Below are positions 53,105 through 64,000 of a DNA stretch of 64,000 bases, piece by piece. The DNA is taken from the NCBI RefSeq assembly GCF_006345805.1, contig NC_043001.1:103168001-103232000 (forward strand), written 5' to 3'. The number at the start of each line of letters is the position of its first letter. The stretch's first letter is position 1. The notes beneath the pieces are model-generated. The model searched no databases, had not been told where the DNA came from, and saw nothing but the letters and a program-made list of their open reading frames with translations. The position numbers and the translations under genes were made by a program. Origin of the DNA: Octopus sinensis (Eukaryota).

Positions 53105-53911
53105 TTTAATCCTATTATTTTAAAAAATGGTTCCCAGAATATAGATGTTTTGATGTATGTATGATGCATTTCTGCAATTTGAATTTAGTTGAATATAATT
53201 CAAGAATTGAATATTTTTCAGCTACAATATCGTAATGGAAGTTGTCACACCAGCAATGCGGTCTTAGGATAGTAACTGTGCAAGTTTAAACATAACGAAG
53301 CAAATCTATGTTTTGTTTTATTTTTCGTACGATTGGCAAAACCATGACACCAAATATTTGCTGAGTCTTGGAGTAGTGAATCTTACTGGAGTGTTTTTAT
53401 ATTTTTTTCCCATTTCTTCAACATTTTACATATTTGTAACGCTTCGCCCTCGTTTACCTTCAGTCGCCGTCTTCATCCATACGGTCGCAATCAAGCTGCT
53501 CACTCCATCAAAATCTCCTTCGGTGACATCGTTATAATTGGAGGTGTTCCTTTGGCTGACGTCAATATATTAGCTTGTAAAGCCCAACCTATGTATGTGT
53601 TGTCTAGACGAGGAAAACACGGTATCCAGTTGTCTACGTAGAGAATCTTAGAAACCTCCTTGTCAGTGCAGGAGCATAGACACTATAAACATTCCGATTC
53701 CATTCAGAGTTCACCTTGAACGGTATCGTATATAGGAACAAGAAGTGAGACAAGCTTTCTGATAAGAGTGTTCATGATGTACATGATAAAACAGATGGAA
53801 TCCAATTTCGAAATACGTAAGAACATGGTAAAAGGCATTTGGTGGTATGCAAAATGATTATTCAAATTAATTCAAGGGTGGAGTGATAATTTTTTTAAAA
53901 AGGAGTAATAA

Positions 53912-54298
53912 TCTACAATATAAATTGGACATGGGCGATCGTTGTATTCTTTCTTATCTTGAGGTTCACAGCCAAACGGCCGAGTGGATTCACGTGAAAA
54001 ATGACACACATGTGGAGACAGGGGCATACATTGGAATGCAGTTTGTATTTTTTCCTAGCCCCCATACTTACCGAGAAAATCGATGAAATCATTTTCTAAT
54101 GGAATTCCCCTCTTTCTTCTGCCATTAAAACAACCAGTTGCTTAGAAGCTGTTTTCTGATGGGGTGGGGGTCAGGAAATTTTCATACAGCTGGAGGCTCC
54201 AATCGAAACAGGGGACCCGAAATGATAAGGTTGAGAAACGCTCTTATAACCGAAAATGAACACAGCCACGTTCGGGTGAAACCGGGCTTAGCTGCTAG
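53912..54298 (+). mobile_element. Non-autonomous Helitron
   Basis: A|TCTACAATATAAA start; degenerate hairpin TTCGG-GTGAAA-CCGGG then CTAG|T. Confidence 0.6.
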
Positions 54299-54544
54299 TA
54301 TAATATAATAAATATGCGTATAACATATACACTGATCAATGAAAGCCTATAAAATGTAAAGCGGTAAAAAGATTAAAAAAAATTCTTATAAAAAAATTCG
54401 AAAGCGGTAGCCATAAGGAAACAAATCAACTTTAAAATTACAAAATATACGAAAATACATCCATCGTATCCGAAGTCAGAAATTTCGAAGAATGCCTATA
54501 ACAAACAGTTCAATAGTTCAGATGTATGTATGTATGTATGTATG

Positions 54545-54576
<32 letters not shown>

Positions 54577-54666
54577 TGTATGTATGTATGTATGTATGTG
54601 TGCATATACATGTACACGTGTATATACGCGTATATGGTATATCTACAATATATATATATATATATA

Positions 54667-55644
54667 ACATTATATAAAAGGGCTTAGTAAAATAAATTAC
54701 TTTGCCGCATACTGAACTCATTAGAAATAGTAGCTAAAAAACTTTTTTAAAACTATTTCTAATACTTAAAGAAAACCTCTCTCATATAGTGTTTGCTCAA
54801 TTCAACTCACGAAAGTATGGGGGTAAAGACATTAAAAAATCAAATGCAAAGGTTATTTGAGAACGTACGTTTCAAGATTAGTCAACTCGACATTTCTATC
54901 ATCAGCTCAGAACTCCTTGGTTTGGATTTGAAAACACTGAAAGTGGGAGCATACCCTTTCGGCTTCTTATCGCTTCTGAAGATCTGCTCGAAACTAACAG
55001 TGCCAGCAAACTCAAATATGCAAGCGAAGAATTTCTGCTCTCCCCTTTCCACCAGCGTGGGTTAAAATCAGTAAACACTATGCTTTTTCGGTAAAATCCG
55101 AGGCATTAAATAGAGAGAGATGAATTATAATTTCAACAATTGAGGGTAAAATTAATTAATTATTAATCAATTTCACCAAGTATTCAGTATGCAAAGGGAC
55201 CATTTGAGTTTGCTGGCACTGTTAGTTTCGAGCAGATCTTCAGAAGCGATAAGAAGCCGAAAGGGTATGCTCCCACTTTCAGTGTTTTCAAATCCAAACC
55301 AAGGAGTTCTGAGCTGATGATAGAAATGTCGTGTTGACTAATCTTGAAACGTACGTTCTCAAATAACCTTTGCATTTGATTTTTTTATGTCTTTACCCCC
55401 ATACTTTCGTGAGTTGAATTGAGCAAACACTATATGAGAGAGGTTTTCTTTAAGTATTAGAAATAGTTTTAAAAAAGTTTTTTTAGCTACTATTTCTAAT
55501 GAGTTCAGTATGCGGCAAAGTAATTTATTTTACTAAGCCCTTTTATATAATGTAATAATTTGAATTCGCCTTAAATGGTCCCTTTGCATACTGAATACTT
55601 GGTGAAATTGATTAATAATTAATTAATTTTACCCTCAATTGTTG

Positions 55645-55652
<8 letters not shown>
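54667..55652. mobile_element. Double inverted-repeat element carrying a hammerhead (retrozyme/Penelope-like) between (TA)n tracts
   Basis: A (54667-55017) inverts A' (55202-55553); B (55126-55205) inverts B' (55573-55652). Confidence 0.85.
55310..55361 (+). ncRNA. Type-I hammerhead motif (mirror copy at 54858-54909, minus strand)
   Basis: UGAG-CUGAUGA-uAGA..GUC..GAC..UCUu-GAAAC-GUAC-GUU-CUCA; palindromic stem III; U-U closing pair on stem II. Confidence 0.65.
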
Positions 55653-55700
<48 letters not shown>

Positions 55701-56656
55701 TGTGTGTTATTTTACCAGTCTTAATAAAAACTGATATAACAAATATTTCCTTGTGATCGCCCATCCCACCATTTCTTCCTGACGGGTGACATGGCATTAA
55801 TTCCCTTAATTGATGTAGACCTTTCACTAAAATCCTATTTTCGTGTGGTTAATTATCTGCATCGCAGAGTTTATCGTGTGGTTAATTATCTGCATCGCAG
55901 AGTTTATTAATAATAACACATTATTGCTCTTTAATGGTAAACCTCGTTCCAAAGTCTTTATGTTGCTAATTCTTTCTGAAGGAAGCAAAAATGCGGGGAG
56001 CACCATGCAGCAGGATTATCAAACAGTTTAGATTAGTATTAACATGCTTTATTATGATTAATGATTATCGATAATACATATGCCTTTATATACATAGAAA
56101 AACTAATTACAGACACAGTGTAAGACTAAAACTTTTCAAACATCTATATCCGCGACCCTTTAAAGATTTTATATCCGTGATCTTTAAAAAATAAATTATA
56201 ACCATTAATCTGTTACAGAAAATTCAATCTCCTTGTACTCAACGACCTTTACCATATTCTCTGTTTTCTTTTCTTCTCTTTAATTTCGCCACTTTATTGT
56301 GTCTTATTCACTTTCATTTCATTCCATTTCTTTTCATTCCTCCCTCCCTGCCCCTCCTACGAACAACGTTACCGTTCCATCTCACTAAATTTGAAAGGGA
56401 TGAAATCTTAATTCAAAGGTTAAAAGCAAGAAATCGATATTTTTGGATTGTTTATTGGTTTAATACTCTTGTAATTTTTCCCCAGCAAGTTTAGAAAAGT
56501 CCAAATTCATATTGTAACTTCAAAAATGATGTTTTAGAAATTATGAAGTCTCGAATTTGATTAAAATTTCTTCAAATTAACATCCAACGGTCTCAATTTT
56601 CATTTCTTTTATGATAATCTCATAGCAAAACTTAGAATCATTATATATAATATATA

Positions 56657-56799
56657 TTATTTCTACTAAAGGCACAAGGCCTTGAAAATTTTAGGGGGAA
56701 CGGGCCTAGTCGATTATATCGACTCCAGTACGCAACTTGTACTTATTCCATCGACCTCGAAAGGATGAAAGGCAAAGTCGACCTCAACGGATATGTATA

Positions 56800-56834
<35 letters not shown>

Positions 56835-57392
56835 TATTGGTTTTACATTTTGGCACAGGGTCAACAATTTTGGAATGGAGGTAAGTGGACACCAGTGCAT
56901 AACTGGTATTTATTTTCTAGACCCTGAAAGGATGAAAGGTAAAGTCAACCTCAGCGGAATTTGAACTCGGAACATAAAGTGAGAAGGAATGCCGCCAAGC
57001 ATTTTGCCCATCGAGTAAACGGTTCTGCCAGCTCTCGTCGCCTTATAATAAATGTTAAAGAGACATCCTCTGAGGTCGACTTTGCCTTTCAACCTTTCGT
57101 GGGCGATAAAATAAGTGCCAGTTGAGCACTGGGGTCGATCTAATCGACTTCCCCTCCCCCTCAAAACTGCTGGCCTTGTGCTAAAATTTGAACCCAATAT
57201 TCTTTTCTACTCTAGGCACAAGGCTCGAAATCTTTGGGGAGGGGTTCTGTCGATTAGATCGACCCCAGTACGCAACTGGTACTTAATTTATCGAACCCTA
57301 AAGGATGAAAGGTAAGTCGACCTCGGCGGAATTAGAACTCAGAACGTAAAGCAGACGAAATATCGCTAACGTTTCTGCCAGCTCGCCGCCTT
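56657..57392. mobile_element. Cluster of four SINE family A copies in mixed orientation
   Basis: Family A core at about 56657-56790(-), 56835-57045(-), 57068-57195(+), 57200-57392(-). Confidence 0.85.
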
Positions 57393-58914
57393 AATTTGAA
57401 CCCAGTATGAAAGAGACTTTATTCGTGATTGAGAAACCGTCAGCTAGGAAGTATGTCATTGTAAATTATAAATTTGACAATTAGAAATATCAAACAGAAC
57501 CCTATTAAAATTTATTGCAAATTAAATTGTGTTTATTTGATGAATTAATAGGCTATTTGGAGCTGTTAGAAAATATGGATAACCTAAACATGTTCCAAAT
57601 ATTTTCCATGCTTAGAATTCAGAAAAAAAAATGATATTTTTATTAGTCAGATTTGAAACCAAATGTTTTGATGAATCGCAGTCCAATCATTTGTAGAATC
57701 GCATTATTCTTTGAAATATTCACAATATATTAGCACTTAGTCTATGTTATAATGAGATTAATTCCGGTGCTAAAAGAAGGAAATGCAGTCCACAAGGAAC
57801 TTAGATCTCGAATGAATATAATAAAACAAACAGTAAAAAAAAAAGTAGGTAAACGGACAGATGTAATAATTCGTGGATATTGTTCACATTATACGGATAA
57901 GTAATAAAATGGCAGATTTCTCTATAAAATGATGTATTCACTCCGCAACTAATTCATAAATACGTAGACAGCTGATCACTGAATTAGTTATTAGAACACA
58001 AATTGGCTCGCTATTAATAATGATTTCAATTACAAGTTCTTATCATGAACGATAAAGCTGATGTTATAATATTTCTGTATAAGTAGATGAGGAGAAAGTT
58101 GTGAAAATATCAACCAGATTGCTGGCGCGATTACTATAAGCTTCCTACTTGATTGGATATGAGGTGGAATGGCAAAATGTTATTTTGTATTATTTATTAG
58201 ACACGGCAGCGAAGAAAATTAAATTCTTTGACATATCCAGAAATGTCTCCAATGAATTTCCATGAATATCGTTATTAACTATTTTCTTTTCTTTTTAATA
58301 TTTTAATGTTTCTCTTGAACTATTAGAAATCATGGCTGAGATGTTCTGACAAAGAAATTCCCGGAAAACACGAGACCGGCTGACCTTTGGTATGAATGCT
58401 GACAATATAGCGGGCTCCTGCGCCACTCGTTATCTCACACATCGTATTTAGTTATGAAAATAGGGTTGGGTTCCATAGGGAATGCAATAAAAATTATAAA
58501 AACAAGAAGACACCATGATAATAGAATAAGTTCAGAAATCTTATTCAGCTGTCATATTTCTCTTCTTGTTCATTAACGACGAAAAGGCAACGAAATGAAC
58601 GCAGCGCTTTCCTTATTTTGTTTCCCTTGTATGCCATTTGATAAAGAAAACGATGAGGTCACGTTTGTTGTTGCGTCTGAGTTTAGGATGATGTAGTCTA
58701 AACTCAGGTGTAACAACACACATAACCTGATCGCTCTATGCAACTGTGTGGTAAAAAGGTTGCATCCTAACCGCATGGTTCCGGGTTCAGACCCACTACT
58801 GTGTGGCTCCTCGGACAAATGGCTTCTAGTACAGCCTCGGGCCGACCAAAGCCTTATTAGTAGATATGGTAGACGGAAACTGAAAGAAGCCCGTCGTGTA
58901 TATATATATATAAT

Positions 58915-59220
58915 TTAATACAGCCAAACCGGCGCATAATGAGAAAATACTCTGAAAGTAAGGTGCCCCTGAAATGGGAATACAATCGGAGCAAGACAAA
59001 TTTTGCGTAAGTCAGACCACGGGTTCCCGAGATACGCAGCTTTTTCGGGTACCTTTATAAATAGCCAAACCGGCACATAATGGAAAAAATACTCTGAAAG
59101 CAAGGTATCATTGAAATGTGAATACAAACGGAATAAAACAAGTTTCGCGTAAATCGGACAACGGGTTCCCAAGATACGCGTTTTTGTTTTGGAACCTTGA
59201 ACGGATCACGGGTAGTCTAG
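58915..59220 (+). repeat. Two diverged 141-bp tandem units ending in a Helitron-like CTAG|T
   Basis: AGCCAAACCGGC.CATAATG...AAAATACTCTGAAAG.AAGGT...ACGGGTTCCC.AGATACGC at 58922 and 59063; ...CACGGGTAGTCTAG|T at 59220. Confidence 0.6.
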
Positions 59221-59221
59221 T

Positions 59222-59233
59222 AATATATATATG

Positions 59234-59284
<51 letters not shown>

Positions 59285-59314
59285 TATATATATATATGTT
59301 ATATATATATATTG

Positions 59315-59347
<33 letters not shown>

Positions 59348-59617
59348 GTAGATATATATATATGTATATATATATATATGATATATATATATAATGTATA
59401 TATATTATGTATATAATATATATATGTATAATATATGTATATATAGATATATATTATATATTATATATATGTATATATATATGGATGTATATATAATATG
59501 TATATATATAGTATGTATAATATATATATATACATATATTATATATATGTATATATATATGTATGTATAGATATATATATACATGTATATATATATGTAT
59601 ATATGTATATATATATG

Positions 59618-59648
<31 letters not shown>

Positions 59649-59656
59649 GTATATAT

Positions 59657-59704
<48 letters not shown>

Positions 59705-59727
59705 TATATATATATATATAGTATATA

Positions 59728-59759
<32 letters not shown>

Positions 59760-60004
59760 GTATATATATGTATATATATATATGTATTATATGATATATA
59801 TATATATGTATATATTATATATGTATATATATATATATATATATGATATATATATATATAGGTATATATATATATGTATATATGTATATATATATATTGT
59901 ATATATATATATATATATATTATATATATTGTATATATATATATGATATATATATATATATATGTGTATATATATATATATGTGTATATATATATATATA
60001 TGTC

Positions 60005-60037
<33 letters not shown>

Positions 60038-60275
60038 GTATATATATATATGTACGTATATATATATATAGTACATATATATGTATATATAATGTATATA
60101 TATATATGTATGATATATATATATATGTATATATATTGTATGTATATATATATATAATATGTGTATATATATATGTATGTATATAATATATATATATATA
60201 TGTACATATATATGTATATATGTACTATATATATGTATATATATATGTATATATATATGTATGTATATATATATA

Positions 60276-60311
<36 letters not shown>

Positions 60312-60363
60312 TATATGTACATATATATATATGTACATATATATATATATACATATATATATA

Positions 60364-60398
<35 letters not shown>

Positions 60399-60434
60399 CT
60401 ATATATATATATATAATATATATATTATAATATA

Positions 60435-60467
<33 letters not shown>

Positions 60468-60763
60468 TACATATATATATATATATATATTATATAATAT
60501 ATATATATTATATTATATATATATATATATATATATGTACATATATATATATATATATATATATGTACATATATAGTATATATATAATATATATGTACAT
60601 ATATAGTATATATATGTATATATATATATATATGTACATATATATGTATATATGTATTATATATATATATATTGTACATATATATATATATATTGTATAT
60701 ATATATATGTATGTATGTATGTATTATATATATATATATATATATATAATATATTATATATAT

Positions 60764-60764
<1 letters not shown>
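59222..60764. repeat. 1.5-kb degenerate (TA)n microsatellite
   Basis: Direct reading. Confidence 0.95.
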
Positions 60765-60795
<31 letters not shown>

Positions 60796-61379
60796 GGGTA
60801 CTGATGCAAATAAACAAATAAAACCGCTTAGGTTAGATATCTAAAATATACAGACAAAGATACATGTAAGAAGCCAAAGACTGAAAATATTCTGACGATG
60901 AACATTTCTGTATAAATATAAAGATCTTTCTATATTGACAGGAGATCATAACAATATTAAGTAAACAAACATGGGAAGAGGCGGAGAAAAAAACAGGAAA
61001 TTTTTGCAAAAAATTAGAGTAAAAAAATCAGGGTAGTTCTCCCTTTGCAGTTAAAAGCAACAACAATATTTATGAAGATGATGATAAAGATGGGCTACAG
61101 CAAATATTCTGCTCAATACCACAGATTTGCTTGTCAGTTGTTTGACCATAACCAGTTGAGCATGTCCCTTAGTGGCTGATGATATGTGCATCTCTGATCA
61201 CGAGCAGTAGTTGGGATGGATCATAACCCTATGTTGAGAGGAATTCTTTGGGATTTTGACAATTTGCCTCTTGAAGCATGGGTGTTTTGTTCAACATCCT
61301 TAAACAACCTTTATTCAGGGACCTTTTGAGCGGAATGGGCTACTTGACTAGAAAAAAATTCTAACTGGGCCTCACCTGG

Positions 61380-62095
61380 AGGAGATGCAGAGGTACTAAA
61401 GACCAATTATTGACAGACAAAATGGTGACGCAAGATTCTAACGAAGGAGAACAAATTTGGGATTGGCCTGGATTGACTATCGTAAAGTTTATGATATGAT
61501 TCCACATTCGTGGATCATCGAGTGCTTAGATTTGTTAGGAACTGTGAGGAATGTAACGTGTTTTCTGAAGAGAAGTATAGTGGGGTGGAGAACTGAGTTG
61601 ACATCCTACGGAAAAAGCTTGGGCCACTCGAGCATCAGAAGAGGGATTTTCCAAGGCTTATCTCCGTTGCTTTTTGTTCTCTACATGATGCTTCTGACCT
61701 TGGTTCATAGGAAAATGTACCTGGGATGTCAGCTAAAGGGGAAATCTCAAAAACAATCAATCACCTCCTCTTCATGTATGATTGGAAGCTGTGTGGCAAG
61801 GATGAGGCACAGGTGAGATCTTTGGGGAACACGGTCCACTGTTTTCGTGCTGATATTAGAATGGAATCTGGACTCAAGAAGTGTGGTATAATGTATATGG
61901 AAAAGAGGCAAGTTCAACGAAATCATGGAGAAGGAAATGAAAAAACAACTGAGGAAGGAATATTTCCGAAGACTAAGATTGGTGTGCGTTCAAAATTGCC
62001 CGGATGGAATAAAACCCAAGCAGTTAACACATAGGCATTAGCATGACTTCGGTATGGAGCTGGAATCATGAAGTGGCAAAAGAAAGAACTGACAT
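61380..62095 (+). pseudogene. Degraded R4/Dong-like non-LTR RT fragment
   Basis: GTKDQLLTDKMV, LAWIDYRKVYDMIPHSWIIECL, IRRGIFQG.LSPLLFVL, INHLLFMYDWKL, DIRMESGLKKC. Confidence 0.8.
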
Positions 62096-62734
62096 TGAAC
62101 ATTGAAAGAATTTACTGAGGATAACATTTCTCCCTACCATCTCTTCCTTTCAACGATAAACTCGAAAAAGTAGAAGAGAGTTTGGCCGAAGGAGAATGTG
62201 CCGTCTTCAATCCTTTCAACCGCACTACCTCATTCGCCTCAGATAAAAGAAGGCGGCGGGGGCGATTTTCACAATATGCTCGGCTGGCAAACGGATTCGA
62301 CTTACCCATCACGACGACGACGACGACGACGACAACAACAACAACAACAATAAAGAAACGCAGAGGCGTTTAACATTCAGAGAACGCTACTTGACTGAAA
62401 AATATCAGATAACAACAATCAAAAATAACGAACGGACTCTAAGAAATGTCAAAAATACCGAAAATAAATGTGAAAATAACTTATTGATATTTAAATCGCA
62501 TAATTAATTTATTACGAATATCTAAAATAGCTGGCGATCTTATCATGTGCTATCAAACGATCGGCGCACGGTTCATATAAACAACAGACTCTTTTCCTCT
62601 CTCCACTAAAAAATAGCAAATTTTATAAGTAAAAACCGACGATTATTAGTAAGAAAATCCGAAGTCTGAGTACGAACATAAAATGACGAAGTATGGCGTA
62701 TGCAAGTAAACCACAAACCCGACAAAAATATTAA

Positions 62735-63123
62735 TCTTTATATATATAAAGCTGAAGTTGTCTGTTGGCAGGTTTGGTAGCCTTCAATTAACACTATCTC
62801 CTCCAAGACCTTGCGGCGCAAGTTGACCAAAATTGAGAGTATGATAGAAGAAGGCTTGCTCTTCCTTCCGTAGAAGAAAAAATTCAAATCGGACCATGTT
62901 AACATCAAAAATTATTTACATAAAAAAGGTTCTTTTTTTCTATAAAAATCCCTATTTTTTACGATTTTTTGACTACTGTGTCGCTATTTTTCGGTGTATT
63001 TCAACCAGAAAAATGTTCACTTAAAGAGAATAACAAGCTACATAATGCAAACCTTTTACTTTTCAAAAATTCCTATTCTAAAGGGTTGAAACAAACCCGA
63101 GCAACGCCGGGCGATACTGCTAG
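62735..63123 (+). mobile_element. Non-autonomous Helitron (389 bp)
   Basis: A|TCTTTATATATATAAA start; hairpin CCCG-AGCAACGC-CGGG about 10 nt before CTAG|T; inserted at an AT site without TSD. Confidence 0.8.
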
Positions 63124-64000
63124 TTACCTAGTAAAGACAAAGTATATTAAAGATTTACAAAGATATTGTGCCTTACTTTTTGTGTTAGCAGTGCGATGTG
63201 CTCATTTTAGTCTATCATTCTAGATTGTCTACAAAACTCGGTGCTGGCTCTGAATTCTATAGAAAATATGTAGAGATAAATCTAAATGAATAATTATTTA
63301 AATAGGACTGTTTCTTTGGATCATACAGGAAGATGTAAAATCCGGCAAACAGGAAGGTGTAAAAACAAAGCAGAAAAGGCATAATGGGACACTTAAAGCA
63401 TATCTTACTGCCATACTCTTCTAAGACAGGTAAACCAAAAGAATACCAAGAATCAAAATAGAAAACCGTTTCTACAAATAAAAAAACGCAAAATAAACAA
63501 GACAAACAAAAATATAAAACACGTACAAAATGAATAATGAAACAATAAAACGAAATGATTAAATAGTGACCAACAAAAACTGAAAGTGTTAATATGGACA
63601 AGAATATAGATATAAAGAAAGTTGAAGAATTGGAATTTCCAAAGATGATGTTATTCATGAACATGTCAATCTAAATAATTAAGGAATGTTTTCCAAAGAT
63701 GTTTTCCAAAGATAAAACTCAAAATTAAAATGCCTGCAAGCATAAAAGGAACAGTCTGGCCTCCACAGACTGAATACAAAGAAGAACGTCCGTATCCCCG
63801 AGTTAAACGAAATAATGTATGCAGCAGTGACAGTAGTTACAAAGAAATATGGGTCTTCACTTAGATTTGAATACAAAGGATATAAAATATACACACAAAA
63901 ATACACCTATTAAAAACAAACATATAAAAGGAGACCAGAATAAGAAAGAAAAGTGCTTCAAGTCTCAAGAAAATTATAAAAATGGAAAAGAGAAATATGA

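Noticed and set aside
55841-55906. Two tandem 33-bp repeats, and the 21-bp x3 repeat at 42032-42094, as CRISPR-like arrays
   Set aside because: No spacers, eukaryotic context; simple tandem duplications.
63250-64000. Purine-rich, coding-like sequence, possibly the N-terminal region of a Penelope-like ORF
   Set aside because: Multiple stops and no diagnostic motif within the window.

Overview
AT-rich, microsatellite-dense eukaryotic DNA; the SINE families and repeat style suggest an octopod cephalopod (inference). One host gene is recognisable: a NUPR1/p8 homologue on the minus strand (CDS 13454-13672, likely non-coding exon 1 and TATA promoter near 19.9-20.2 kb). The rest is mostly mobile DNA: an internally deleted Helitron plus short non-autonomous Helitrons, many copies of two tRNA-derived SINE families, hAT and mariner MITEs, and R4/Dong-like, RTE and Tx1/L1 LINE pieces. 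An 8-kb (TCTA)n tract holds a SINE duplication, two Tx1-like copies and a near-complete Ty3/Gypsy element. Most unusual: (i) the Gypsy element has no 5' LTR, only a 65-nt fold-back cassette that gives it 40-bp terminal inverted repeats and a 5-bp TSD; (ii) several unrelated minimal type-I hammerhead ribozyme motifs sit in fold-back elements, mostly within (TA)n tracts (42.8-55.7 kb), including a ~560-nt circularly permuted unit and a tRNA-headed SINE with a hammerhead tail. Most ORFs in the track are microsatellite or SINE artefacts.
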